Of a stretch of DNA of 64,000 nt, positions 14,524 through 26,559 are shown one piece after another; the stretch's first letter is position 1, and every line of letters starts with the position of its first letter. The stretch lies in NCBI GenBank assembly GCA_032718475.1, contig JAUCBJ010003650.1, forward strand, positions 103,317-167,316, written 5' to 3'. This DNA comes from Nemertoderma westbladi. Lineage: Eukaryota; Animalia; Xenacoelomorpha. The notes beneath the pieces were generated by a model. That model saw only the letters and a list, made by a program, of their open reading frames with translations, made no database searches and had not been told where the DNA came from. A program made the translations under genes and the position numbers.

Positions 14524-15262
14524 CTGTCGTTGGATCCCTTAGGAACGCTTGGAACTGCATCCTCACGCAGTTTAGATCCATCCTCTCACTTTCCCGCACA
14601 ATTTCCTCGTCAACAGCCTCCAGTTGACATCGACTCAACTGCGCCCCGTTGCGTTCAGACCCCCCATAAATCCCGTGCCACTTCGCGCGTAACGCATCCG
14701 CCACCTCCTTCCGCTTTATATGTTTAATACCGAGTCCGCAGAAACTTGCGGATCCTGAGTTAGTCGCAACGTCCACAAAACAAACTCCGTCCTCTACGAT
14801 ACAGAGTCCCGGTGACTTACTTCCTAGTAGCGTGTACGCGTGGAGTCTAGGGGGTTCATCTTTAGTTACCAAGGTAACGCCAACCCTCGCGTCGCCAATG
14901 TGTCCGCGTAGTACGACAGTCGGGTATGTTTTGTTTTTCTTTGTAGAGGAAACGCCTTGCAGACATCCGTGTGAAGGTCCTTCGCAGTCATAACGGAATC
15001 GGAATGTAGTCTGCGGTTGTTCTAGTATCTCTAGATAGGGTTGCCGCGGTACCGGTATGTATGAGCAGCTTGCTACCGGTTCCCGCTGGGTTATTGTTTC
15101 ATTGTTTACGGGTTGCTCCATGATCGGAGGCGGACCCATCTCTCCGTCGCTGTTGGGGGTTGAGTCGCCGGCCATATCCTCGAAGCAACCCGGGAAATCC
15201 GTGTCGAAGAGAATATCTAGGATAGAGGGTTGATCGGGATTCGTATTTTCGCAGTTCGCCAT
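14524..15262 (-). CDS. NFKB: NF-kB (p50/p52-like class) Rel homology domain protein, first coding exon; rest of gene lies left of the window
   Basis: Motifs PYLEILEQP, FRFRYDCEGPSHGCLQG, KTYPTV, LHAYTL, GLGIKH and MDLNCVRMQFQAFL. ATG at 15262 (the ORF track starts at an upstream GTG). Donor CAG|GTGAGA at 14524/14523. Splicing to an array acceptor gives FLRDPTTGEFAVPVPPIYSYPIY, aligning with the p105 segment [22 protein letters not shown] as I recall it. Confidence 0.93.
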
Positions 15263-17420
15263 CTCCACACCGTTGGGCGGTGAATATTAAACGACAAAGC
15301 AGAAGGACAGAGCCAGAGGAGAAAGATAAAATCATCTGCACAATAATCTGATAATATCGCCACGATCGTGTAAGAAAATGTTACGGTTATTGATACCGGT
15401 ATCTGGGTATTTACAATTCTTGCATAAAACCTGAAAACTGTAAAAACTAAAATTAAAGGACTCTCTGCTCTCCTCTCAGCCTCTCTCTCTCTGTCTGTAC
15501 TGCTAACTAACTCTGTCAGTCTGTAACTGCTCTTACAATACTGCAATACAGCAGTCAGTCAATTCAGTTCACAGTTAGTTACAGGTGTACTGCAGTATCG
15601 TTAGATTTTGTATTGGCAGTGAGGGGCGAGCCACGAAGTGAGCGAAGCCTTATTAGCATATGGGTGCCATTAACGAGTTGTCTGTCGTCGTCTCGTCGTC
15701 TGGTGTCGTAAATTAACTTGAATGGCCCTAGTTAGTAGATTTACAAATGATAGTTAAAGCGTGCAAGGGAAAAAAGGAAATTACCTCTGTTTTTACAACA
15801 AGTTTATCGCAAACTGATGCATCGCCATCACTCATATAAATATATTTTGGGAAACACCAAACACGGTTTTCGTATATCTAATAGAGATTAGTTAGTATCA
15901 ACAATACTTTCTATTATATGCTCCCGTGCTGCTCGAAGGTCCCACGGACGTGTTGATTTAACTTATAATACATGAATACTACTACAGTACACTGTATGAC
16001 CTACTGTACAACACGTTCGTATGACTAAAAGTACTTAGTAAGAATGATTGAAAACTGTCATACTCATAACGAAAATCGAAAACGTTTACATATATATAGT
16101 AACAATTTAATTTGAAAAATCGGCTTTTCCTCACAAATAATTTAAACAATGAGTGAATTAATCTAACCTTTTCACAGATATTCCAGAAAATTAGTTCAAA
16201 AGGATAATTATTCGATAAGAAAGAGAAAGAGTAAAATGCCACTATTTCACTACCTTTCTGTTTAGAGAAATTCAGCTTTTCATTTCAATTCATTCTAGAT
16301 ATTCCCAACTCGTGAAAACTCAACACACGACGGGCAGAATATATGAATTTTTAAATAAATGGAAAATAATGTTTTCCGTTGTTTTTAAATTGAATAAATT
16401 TTATTTACTTTATTATTTATATTTTATTTGAGAAAAATATCACCAGCGTTTATCACTGTATCCTTAGCTTTCATACAGTCATAGGAAGAATCACTGAAAA
16501 CATCCTCATCTTCAAACCAAGGGTGATAATATTTCAAGAAATGTAAATACAAGCAACCTAGTAGGTAGGTAAATAGTATAAACATATCCTTTACTATTAA
16601 ACAATAATTACGCTAAATTAAGTTACCACTATAAGTAAATTATAGTCGAAAAGTGAAAAGTGCAATGTACAGAACTTCCATCGGGTATTGTAAACAACGT
16701 CCAATGAGACCATACAGAAGTTGCAAATATATTAGAAATCGGGATGGGTGGAGTAACAATAATCATAATTTTAGTTTATACTTAACGCTAAGGTTGGTAT
16801 GCGTAATAATGCTTAAAATTGATTACAATTTCTAATCAGTACTCATTTTCAGACGTTGGTTGGGTATGGGACCAAGTATGGGACGCCGTTTTGGTCAATA
16901 ATACAAAACTTATTATTATATACAGTATAACTAAAAATAAGAGATATTAAGAAGTTTTTTTCTTCAAAAAAGTTATAATACCAATCATTTTTTTCTTCAC
17001 TGCTTGGGCCAAAAATAGCTGAGAGGGAAATTTGAATTATCATTTTCCATATACTGTATTTACCTAGCAATTATTAGCATATCATACCTATCACCTATGT
17101 GTGTAATTAATTATTGTGCGTGTGAATGATGTACCGGTACTGTATTACCGGTAGAAGTTGACTATATTCTTTGCATTGGGAAGGGAAATAAAAGTAAGGC
17201 TCTACTGTAAGGACAGAAGGACCCTTTCCACCTTCAGCCAGTCTGCCAGTGCTGCAGAGCAGTACTGTGCAATAGTGCTTGCTTATACAGTTACAGTATA
17301 TGAATTGTGAGGACAGGAGGATTTCATGTTCCAATAAACTAAATAAACTGAATAAACTACGGACTGACAGGTAAATCTAGAAATTTGGTAGGCAGTCTAT
17401 AGGCCTAATGAATAAAAAAA

Positions 17421-18524
17421 ATGGCGAACATTACGTCAGTAACTGTGTGCAACACAACTAATATTTGCTTTGAAGTTTTCCAATTCTGGTTGGATGGCTT
17501 AACAATGGAGGAGGCAACAAAGAAACGTCTTGGATCCTTTACCCTTCCCCTTATTCACGGTCCGCTCTCCACTCAAGAACTATTGCTAAGGGACATCAGC
17601 GACCACTACAATACCTACCGATTCCTGGAGCCGTTTCTACAGCAACCAACTAAACTATCCAATCAGATTATCATACAAATACAAGCGACTCAACAGAAGC
17701 AGATAATAGATAGATATTACGGGTTTGACGCGATTGCAGCCCGCGAGATGTTGGGAAAGAAGATGTCTTTGAAATATCGTAAAGATTTGGACGATGTCAG
17801 CGATAAAACCGGAGTCAGGTTAAAGTCATGCCGAAGGCAGTTCGACAACTTCAGACGGGTTTATCGCGTAGTAGAAGACATGGAGGGCTCTTTGGTGGAC
17901 AACATCCGGAAACATTTCCTTCTATCCGAGGAACTCGGAACAAAATACGCCGCCATCGTGTTCCTCGCGAATTCCCGATTCGAAACATCTAAAAAGAAGT
18001 TAACTTATTTATCGCTTCACGACTTTATTTACTGCGCAAATTTAATGATTAATAACTGGACTTTTGGGGCGAGTTATTCGACAGCAGAAGATATGGATGT
18101 CGACCTTGACAGGGAGTTTCTACAGGACCTCAGGGATTTGAGAGCTCTTCTAGAAAAAGAGACTGCAGACAACCATAAATTCGCTTTAATATTTCTTTTA
18201 AAAAGGAAGAAAGTTTCAGATGAAGTTCTTAACGATATAGATAGCAACTACAAGGGGTTGTCTAGAGCTCTAGTTACCATAGCATCAGGGTTGGTACACA
18301 GCAGGGAAGTTAAAGATTTCTTCATTGACGTGGTCGACAAGATTGTGGACGTATTTAGGAACTGCAGATGGAGTCGCGAGTTCATAGTGACCTTTATGGA
18401 TGGCTATGTAGCAGCCATGTCTACTATGGAAGGTCCGTTGTCAAGGGAACATGGATTAATTAAGGTGGCCGACCGGTATATCAACACTTTGAAGCTTTGT
18501 ATATTGGCCATGTATCACATATAG
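17421..18524 (+). CDS. FIBP: Acidic fibroblast growth factor intracellular-binding protein, single coding exon
   Basis: 367-aa ORF with FIBP motifs REMLGKKMS, KDLDDVSDKTGVRLKSCRRQFDNFRRV, YAAIVFLANSRFETSKKKL and DMDVDLDREFLQDL. Confidence 0.93.
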   Translation: MANITSVTVCNTTNICFEVFQFWLDGLTMEEATKKRLGSFTLPLIHGPLSTQELLLRDISDHYNTYRFLEPFLQQPTKLSNQIIIQIQATQQKQIIDRYYGFDAIAAREMLGKKMSLKYRKDLDDVSDKTGVRLKSCRRQFDNFRRVYRVVEDMEGSLVDNIRKHFLLSEELGTKYAAIVFLANSRFETSKKKLTYLSLHDFIYCANLMINNWTFGASYSTAEDMDVDLDREFLQDLRDLRALLEKETADNHKFALIFLLKRKKVSDEVLNDIDSNYKGLSRALVTIASGLVHSREVKDFFIDVVDKIVDVFRNCRWSREFIVTFMDGYVAAMSTMEGPLSREHGLIKVADRYINTLKLCILAMYHI

Positions 18525-19011
18525 TTGCCCATGTACCACGTTTTGCAATATTTAATAATAATCAGCGTCAATTATTAACTTTATATTACCGGTACCTCAT
18601 AGCGTTTAAGTCGATTTAAATAGAAAGTACCCTAATTAAACCTACAGTAAATAGTTGCAATTATAAAATATAATCTGAATCATTTTGTACTCATTTGACG
18701 AATCTATCAATAAATTTATTTATTAATTATACCTAGTTTCTTAATACACTTGTTAATTAATTTATTATGTAGACTTCCTATTATACTATACATAATGAAC
18801 TGTACTGTTTCCTAAAAACACATTGGATGGACTTAGCTGAATTATTTCGATTCAACATGGTAGATATTAATTAATAATTGTATTCAGACAGGTTGACTGT
18901 TGAGTTACATAATTATACTATGCAGTTTCCCAAAAACACATTGAACTGAATTATTTCTCTTCATAACATTGTAGACATTTCGCATTCGCAGCTCAATTGT
19001 ATTCAGACAGG

Positions 19012-20078
19012 TTGACTGTTGAGTTGCAACAAAACATTTACTATAGGGACCCTTATTATAGGAAGCGGCCTTTAATTTCATAATAGTGTGATTAGTAATT
19101 CAATTAGTGACATACAGTATAACACATTGGAACTATGCTGCCGTCTTAAGGCAGAATACCCTATCTCAAAATTTTTGAAATTTTTTTTGTTGTACACACC
19201 GGCCTAATTTTAGGCGCTCTTTCAAATGAAACCAAGAAATACCATGGAATTCCCGCAGTAATATGCAAGAAAGTCATATTTTGCGAGTTTAAAACACCCC
19301 TATACCTTGATCCTCAGCCCTGTCACTTAAAGGCAAAACATCCTACATATAAAATATGGTACATAGGGTATTTTGCCTTAGTAACACTTTTATTCAGTGT
19401 ACCTTACATTTAACGGTAGGGTGTTTTGCCTTTGAAAAGCTCTATAATATAATATTGTTATTTCCTATTACTTATGCGTAGATATTGGCGGGAATTACAG
19501 TTTGTTCGCATTTATATGTGGGCAAAATACCCTTTCAAAGATTTTGATACTTATTATACTGACTCTATAGAATCTCAATTCAGTCGATTAGGAATATACA
19601 AAGCATACACAAAGAATATACATATATGTGGCTGTGGGGAAGATATGTGGCTGTGGGGAGGATATGTGGCTGTGGGGAAGATATGTGCTTGTGGGGATGA
19701 TATATGGCTGTGGGGAGAATATGTGGCTGTGCGGAGGATATGTGGCTGTGGGGAGGATATGTGGCTGGGGAGTCAACTTATTGAAGCGCAATGCTACTAT
19801 GGGCATCCCACGTCCACTGGCTCAACACAAAGGAGTTACCATAGACAGAGTCAATGAATTGATTTAACGACTTGGGCGAATAATTCCAAGAAGTAGAATT
19901 GGTTTTTGGAATTCGTTAGTTAAAGTGTGATGGTGAACTGAACATGTCAATAATGAAAGACTGCATTACAAGGCAAAGTAAATTGAGTATTTTCCTACCA
20001 ACACTATTATGAAATTAAAGGCCGCTTCCTATAATAAAAGACATTATAGTAAATGTTTTGTTGCAACTAAACAGTTAA
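19012..20078. mobile_element. Non-autonomous inverted-repeat (MITE/foldback-like) element with an internal 20-bp minisatellite
   Basis: ~80-bp inverted ends (ttgactgttgagttgcaacaaaacatttactata...ggaagcggcctttaatttcataatagtgt versus its reverse complement at ~20001-20078). Repeated aaggc.aaataccctat motifs in both orientations. (ggatatgtggctgtgggga) array at ~19623-19770. Confidence 0.6.
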
Positions 20079-21339
20079 GCCAAAATACCCTATCTCCAAA
20101 AATTGTGTTTTGAGTAATCTAACGAAACGCGTTTTCATCTACAAGTATGTTATACAGCTGCCTGGATACCAGAATTTGAACTGAAAGATACCCAAATATA
20201 CTAACTTAGAATTTCAAATGCGAGATACACAACTTTTGTGATTTGGGAGCTTAAAAAATGCTGAAAAGATTTTATAGGGTGTTTTGCCTCGAAAATGTTG
20301 GCGAGGAATGAAACTGAACGTTTATATAGGGTGTTTGGTCTATCAAGAGTTCGAGTCAAATTGTTTAATATCTTCAAATAATAATACTGCAGAGTGGAAA
20401 TTATACTTGGAATTTTGTAGTTAAGGGTTGGGTTTTGGTAAATAATGCAAATTATAATTCAAAAACATGAGATAAACAGCTGATAATTTCTGTATGATTA
20501 GTTGCCTGGTAACGTCATCATGGTTACCATTCCATGAATATAAAGTACTCAAACTAAACTCTGGGCAATCGATTATAATTACATATTTGCCCGTAAATTT
20601 TTTAGAAATATTCTAGCTAGCTACTGTATAACCATGTGACCAGTTTACCAAAACCTAGTCCGCCCAATGTCATACCCACGGTGATCTTTTACCAATCTGC
20701 TGCGATAGGCTGGCCAAGCAAATAGCCGTAACTACACTCTCTACCTCTTTATCTTTAAATATTCCAGAACATATTATTTATTGAACGTCATAGATTCTCT
20801 CAAATATTTTATTGTTAATACTTGAAGACCCTTTGGGGTATTTATTGAATATAATTTATTTTATTTTTGTTATAGGGTTTACCAAATTTGAAAGCTCACC
20901 AACGACGGCTACTTTAAAAAGATAACAATAACAATTCTTGAGTGTACGCAATACCAGGGGCATCCAGAAGGTTCCTTTTTCTGAGACATGGGGATGCGGG
21001 GGGGGGGGGGGGTAATGGATAGAAATCTGAACTAGTAAATTAATATATAAATTAAGGAAAAGGAGCAGGTTACAGTGGCACGCACGTTATTCTATAACAC
21101 TAACGCAGTAAACGAGAGTCAATAGAACAGATGAGTAATTCAGGGAGTAATCATTTGTTCACTACGGCTGACAAACTGTAAGTATTGGATGTGGTTGTAA
21201 GTGAGTGTGGTTGCTAAGCACCCCCCCAAACACACTACTTTTAATATTTATTCCTTGGAATTAATTCTGATAATTTTAAATCGGCTATTTCAGTTACCCC
21301 ATATTATGTATGGGATAATTAATTAAACGCCACTAATTG

Positions 21340-22165
21340 AATGCCACCCCAAATTAGATGATTTAACACCAAAATAAATTATTTTCCACCAAATATATTT
21401 TTTTGTAGCACCAATTCACATCCCCCAATTTTGAATATCCCTCTCACCAAAAACAATTATTCGTCCCCCCAAACATAATTATCCATCCCCCAAAAACAAT
21501 TATTCATCCCCAAAAACAATTATTATAGCCCGAAAAACAATTATTATAGCCCGAAAAACAATTATTCATCCCCCAAAAATAATTACTTTTAAACCAAAAA
21601 AAATTATTCCAGCACCAAATATTTTATATTAAATCCTGGTATTCTTCACATGGGCGCATGCTTCAGTCTTCAGTTACAGTATTCGTACCAATAGGCCTAT
21701 TGTCTTCAGAACAACGTATTCTGTTATTAGGTTTCGTACCGATGTACCTACAGTATTAGGCCTACTTCAGTTTCAGCATTCGTACCTATAGGCCTATTGC
21801 CTACAGTATCTATTATTGCCTATTACTTATTCTACTATTAGGTTTCAGTATTACAGCAGTACTGAAGTTTTTGTCTAACTTCCAGGAAGTGCAAGGCCTA
21901 TTGCTGCAGTAGTATAGTATTTATTTTGGGGTATTATGTATTTATTTTGGGCAAAAATGTATTTGTTTTGGGGGATTATGTATTTATTTTGGGCTAAAAT
22001 GTATTTGTTTTGGGGGAAAATGTATTTATTTTGGGCTAAAATGTATTTGTTTTGGGGGAAAATGTATTTGTTTTGGGTAAATTTGTAATTATTTTGGGGG
22101 TTTTGTCATTTATTTTGGTGCTAATAATTGGTTTTGGGGAGCATATTTTTCATCAATTTTGGGAT
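21340..22165. mobile_element. Foldback-like element with inverted subterminal repeats (attattcatcccccaaaaaca / atgtatttgttttggggg)
   Basis: Oppositely oriented ~21-bp repeats at 21450-21620 and 21915-22140. The left end recurs at ~40910-41070. The element is absent from the right arm. Confidence 0.55.
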
Positions 22166-22174
22166 GACTTTAGC

Positions 22175-22990
22175 CAGGGTTTTTTTTTCAAAATGTCCGC
22201 TGTTAAAAGTTTCTAAACGGCGAGGAATAATTTAGAAAATCTCTAATTTGTTTAGAAAACCAAAATAATTTTTGCCCAATGACGAATGTGAAAGATTAAT
22301 TTTGAAAAGTAGGCCATGCATTACTTCCTGTATTGCTTTGTTTTCTACTTTATTTAGACAAAATCTGAAAGCGAATTATGACATACCACTCATGAGTTAC
22401 CAGTGGGCGCGGGCCTACGTAATCTTAAATATCATCGAAACATTAAACTAATAAAGACCTACTACCCTATGTAATGCAGCTTTGGTAAATTAATGCCATT
22501 TTTATTGCGAAGGAATATTCCACATGATTGGGGTGTTGGGGCAGTAAAATAAGTATCAAATTTATAAGACTGTAAATTATGGGAATGTCAGTGAAACACT
22601 CTTAGACTGTAACACAGTCGATGTCGATCTACTTAGAAATAAACAATAACCATAAATAAACAATAAACAAGAGAAATGAGTGAGTTTATTTGATATTATA
22701 GAAGTTGGTACAAATGAAGCTGATGGAGATGAATCAGATTTAGAGGATCAAATATTCGATTCTGGTGAATGAACAAGGAACAAACAACATTAATAATAAA
22801 TGAAATATGGTTAATCTTACATTTTGATTTACAGGTGTTTTTATTTCAAACTCTGTAGTAAAGCTTATATTTTTCAATTCGTTGTTTGCAATATTTAATT
22901 TTAGAACTATTTCTAAACAAGTTGAAAAAATTTAGAAATCACTATTTTTATTTATAAATTTCACTAACATATTTAGAAAAAAAAACCCTG
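22175..22990. mobile_element. hAT-like MITE
   Basis: TIRs CAGGGTTTTTTTTTC...GAAAAAAAAACCCTG with perfect 8-bp TSD actttagc (22167-22174 and 22991-22998). Confidence 0.85.
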
Positions 22991-23084
22991 ACTTTAGCCA
23001 GAAAAAACCTGACTTTAGCCTTAATTAAATATCATATCATAATTATGCCTCATTTATTGTTTAATATTCAACCGTATCTTCAGA

Positions 23085-23165
23085 CAAACAATTCACCGGA
23101 AAGTGGGATTGAACTCGGCACCTAGAGATTCCAAGTCCAAGGCTCTACCAACTTCGCCACAGCGC
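23085..23165 (-). mobile_element. tRNA-derived SINE-like head (related copies at ~27470-27540 + and ~41840-41912 +)
   Basis: Minus strand shows A-box TGGCGAAGTTGG and B-box GAGTTCAATCC. There are three dispersed copies and none forms a proper cloverleaf. Confidence 0.6.
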
Positions 23166-23489
23166 CGTATAAAGATTTTTAAAACTAAAAGCTAACTAGA
23201 ACAACATCAACAACAACTGAGTATATATACTAGAGGTCTCGTATGCGGACCTACAAATTACTAAGTTAAGAAATAATTAATTCAGCACAAATACGCCAAC
23301 GTTAATAGACAACAATTAATCAAAACGTAAATATTAATATTAAGTTGATAGTTAAAGAAATTAAAAATATCGGAACGCTTTCCAAAAATAATAATTGATG
23401 TTTATTTTCATATAATCCTTTACATTTCAGTGATGAAAATTATATATCAGACAACTTCTTATATTATTGTGTATGTATGTAGGTACAGC

Positions 23490-23582
23490 TAGTGTTTAAA
23501 AGGGATCAGACGTTTCGGGATTTCCGGGATCGGGATTGTATTTTTCACCGGGATTCGGGATCGGAATCCCGTTTAAACACTA
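23490..23582. mobile_element. Tiny MITE with TIR TAGTGTTTAAACGGGAT (copies at 27367-27468, fragment ~41713-41760)
   Basis: Inverted ends tagtgtttaaa.gggat / atcccgtttaaacacta with internal cgggat repeats. Confidence 0.6.
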
Positions 23583-23687
23583 ACATAATTTTTCTACTTC
23601 TAGAAATAAATTGTACTCCAACCAAAATCCTAATGCTAATCAAATTTTCAAAAATATAGAAATATGAGTAGGTTTCGAACCCTCAAC

Positions 23688-25126
23688 TTTACCTCCCTTA
23701 CGTAAAGTAATACTTTATTTACCTCCCTTACATAAAGTAATACTTTATTTACTTATCTAAGTAAATTAATACTTTATTTACCCCCCTTACGCAAAGTAAT
23801 GCTTTATTTACCTATACGTGAAGTTATACTTTATTTACCCCCCTTACGTAAAGTTATACTTAATTACCTCTCTTACGTAAAGTAATACTTTTTTCCCTCC
23901 CTTACGTAAAGTAATACTTTATTTACCTCCCTTACATAAAGTAATACTTTATTTACTTATCTAAGTAAATTAATACTTTATTTACCCCCCTTACGCAAAG
24001 TAATGCTTTATTTACCTATACGTGAAGTTATACGTTATTTAACTCCCTTACGTAAAGTAACACTTTATTTACCCCCCTTACGTAAGTAATACTTTATTTA
24101 CCTCCCTTACGTAAAGTAACACTTTATTTACTCCCCTTACGCAAAGTAATACTTTATTTACCTATCTTACGTGAAGTTATACTTTATTTAACTCCCTTAT
24201 GTAAAGTAATACTTTATTTAGCCCCCCTTACGTAAAGTTATACTTTATTTACATATATAAGTAAATTAATACTTTATTTACCCCCCTTACGTAAAGTAAA
24301 GTTATACTTTATTTACCTCTCTTACGTTAAGTTAAGTTATACTTTATTTACCTCCCTTACGTAAAGTAATACTATATTTACCGGTACAGTCTGGAGATGG
24401 TGTATATTATATAGTATATACTTCAAATTGCACTATTACACCCTATCACCAAATCTGATTTATACAATGAGGTACAGTGATACGGATGTAAGGGGGAAAT
24501 TCAAAACAGTTGGTTGTTTATGTTGTACTGGTCAGCTATTGTAGGCCTGTACGACTGCGCTGTCCTACCAGACCACAGACTACGGCTCAGTGTCGGCGTT
24601 GTCCAACCGAATGGAGGCATCGGACACTGGACAATGAATTAATACTATATTTACCACCCTTACGTAAAGTAATTCTTTATTTACCTCTCTTACGTAAAGT
24701 ATTACGTAAAGTAATACTTTATTTACCACTCTTACGTGAAGTAATACTTTATTTACCCCCCTTACGTAAAGTAATTATTTATTTACCCCCCTTACGTAGA
24801 GTAATACTTTATTTACCCTTCCTTACGTAAAGTAATACTTTATTTACTTCTCTAAGTAAATTAATACTTTATTTACCCCCCTTACGTAAAGTAATACTTT
24901 ATTTACCTCTTTTACGTGAAGTTATACTTTATTTACCTCCATTGCGTAAAGTAATACTTTATTTACACCCTTACGTAAAGTAATACTTTAATTACCTCTC
25001 TTAGGTAAAGTAATACTTTATTTACCTCCCTTACGTAAAGTAATACTTTATTTACCTCCCTTACGTAAAGTAATACTTTATTTACTTCTCTAATGTAAAG
25101 TAATACTTTATTTACCTCTCTTACGT
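23688..25126. repeat. Degenerate ~29/30-bp tandem array (tttacctcccttacgtaaagtaatacttta), interrupted at ~24383-24638
   Basis: Directly visible. An inverted shorter copy lies at 26710-27040. Confidence 0.9.
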
Positions 25127-25245
25127 TTATATTATTATTCCTGTCACTTAATTACTTTAATTTCCAACAACCAAACAAATTCCAACTAATCGATAAAATA
25201 AAGAGTATTATTAGGGATAGTTTAATAGGAATAAGTGAAGTGTGA

Positions 25246-26352
25246 CTAATTCCTAAAGAAGGCGGTTGGTAGAAGGCTGGTGGCCAACATAACCATATTA
25301 ATGTTCCGGTGTTCCGTCCAGGAACGAGCCAATTGGTTCCTATCGTCAGTCCAAAACCTGTTAATGGATTCCGCAAGAGGCAGAAACTTATCTAATCTCT
25401 CGAGTTTCTTTAGATATTTAATAGTATCCGATTTACCTTTGAGTAGGACTTTGGCGCGAGGAATTCCTTGGAGTCCAATCGATAAACCGAGTTCCCTAAA
25501 CGCGAGTCTATATTCCGCGGGGAGGCCGTCCAAAGAGAAACTCTCTAAGCTGCGATAGGAAGCCTCTATAACGAAACCTAACAGAGTCGGATGTTCGTCT
25601 AAACAGCCTCGCGTTGCGAGAACCGAGAGTCGGTACATATCGCATAGCAACCCCCCAATACCCAGAGCGTCGTTAGTAACCCAGTTCTTTTCACGACATA
25701 TGGACGCGAGATCAGCGATCTCTTTAGATAAATTATCGGGGTGAGTCTCTAGGTAACTAACTAGTCCGTCTAGAGGATCGTGATGGCCCATGGAGTTCAC
25801 TAAAGGTTTACTAAGATCGATACTCATCTTCCAGTACATACGGAGTGAGTTTTGGGCGCTGGTTGCGTAAACAAACGCGTTGTGGGCCGCTCTAGCGAGC
25901 TCCAATGCGTTATCTTTGTACAGAGGATCACCAGTTACGGCGGACGCCGTGTTTAACGCGAACATCCACTTCGTTAAGTAATGGTAATACTGGCCGTCTG
26001 AGTCCCATTCGCTTTGGCGGTTACCCTCGGTGCATTCGGGGAGTTGTTTACCTATTCGTAACCCAGATCGACAGGGGTGCTGCAGGCCAACCTCGGGACT
26101 GTCTCCAGACAGCCACCCCGACCGGCCCCAAGGGTCGTCAGTTCTGTGTTTACCCAAGGTTGCATGGACTTGTTCTATTAAGTGTATAGCCTCCTTGTGG
26201 AATTGTTTGTCTTTGGTTATTGTTGCCAATTGGAATAGGTTGAGTACTGCGAATGCGTCCGTCCACAGGTAACGCTCCGGCGGCCTATCTGCTGGAGATA
26301 AATGCGTTATCGCAACAAATTGTTTCATTAATTCAGAAGCAACAACAGCCAT
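25246..26352 (-). CDS. Intronless 368-aa conserved hypothetical protein of a mainly prokaryotic/fungal family (possibly six-hairpin glycosidase-like); HGT candidate
   Basis: Intact ORF with higher GC than its flanks. Motifs RYLWTDAFAV, GLRIGK, DGQYYHYLTKWMFAL, RMYWKMSIDLS.PLV.SMGHHDPLDG, YRLAFRELGLSIGL and W.EH..IN.VMLATSL, which I recall from uncharacterised microbial proteins. Confidence 0.8.
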   Translation of the reverse strand: MAVVASELMKQFVAITHLSPADRPPERYLWTDAFAVLNLFQLATITKDKQFHKEAIHLIEQVHATLGKHRTDDPWGRSGWLSGDSPEVGLQHPCRSGLRIGKQLPECTEGNRQSEWDSDGQYYHYLTKWMFALNTASAVTGDPLYKDNALELARAAHNAFVYATSAQNSLRMYWKMSIDLSKPLVNSMGHHDPLDGLVSYLETHPDNLSKEIADLASICREKNWVTNDALGIGGLLCDMYRLSVLATRGCLDEHPTLLGFVIEASYRSLESFSLDGLPAEYRLAFRELGLSIGLQGIPRAKVLLKGKSDTIKYLKKLERLDKFLPLAESINRFWTDDRNQLARSWTEHRNINMVMLATSLLPTAFFRN

Positions 26353-26559
26353 AATGGTAACGATTGATGAATTACTGCACGGTACCTCTGCAGCTCTGTA
26401 CCTACGGTACCGGTACTCTTTTGTCGAAATTATTGAATAGGCCTATTTCAGACTGACACACGTAACCTAGTGATCTACTGATTAGATCTACTGTACCTAT
26501 ATCTATAACGCGGGATCTCAGGACATACTTTGCATACAGCTGCATTAAAAATGAATTTT

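Larger units (their letters stand above)
20957..25274. repeat. Left arm of a degenerate inverted duplication (partner 26560-28252), expanded by insertions
   Basis: Collinear reverse-complement blocks: 20957-21330 with 27575-28252; 23020-23140 with 27480-27570; 23490-23690 with 27250-27470; 29-bp array with 26710-27040; 25110-25274 with 26560-26735. Confidence 0.85.

Noticed and set aside
15190-15202. kB autoregulatory site (gggaaatccg)
   Set aside because: Imperfect match to GGGRNNYYCC and inside coding sequence; expected by chance.
19474-19867. Short Cys/Gly-rich ORFs
   Set aside because: These are translations of a 20-bp minisatellite.
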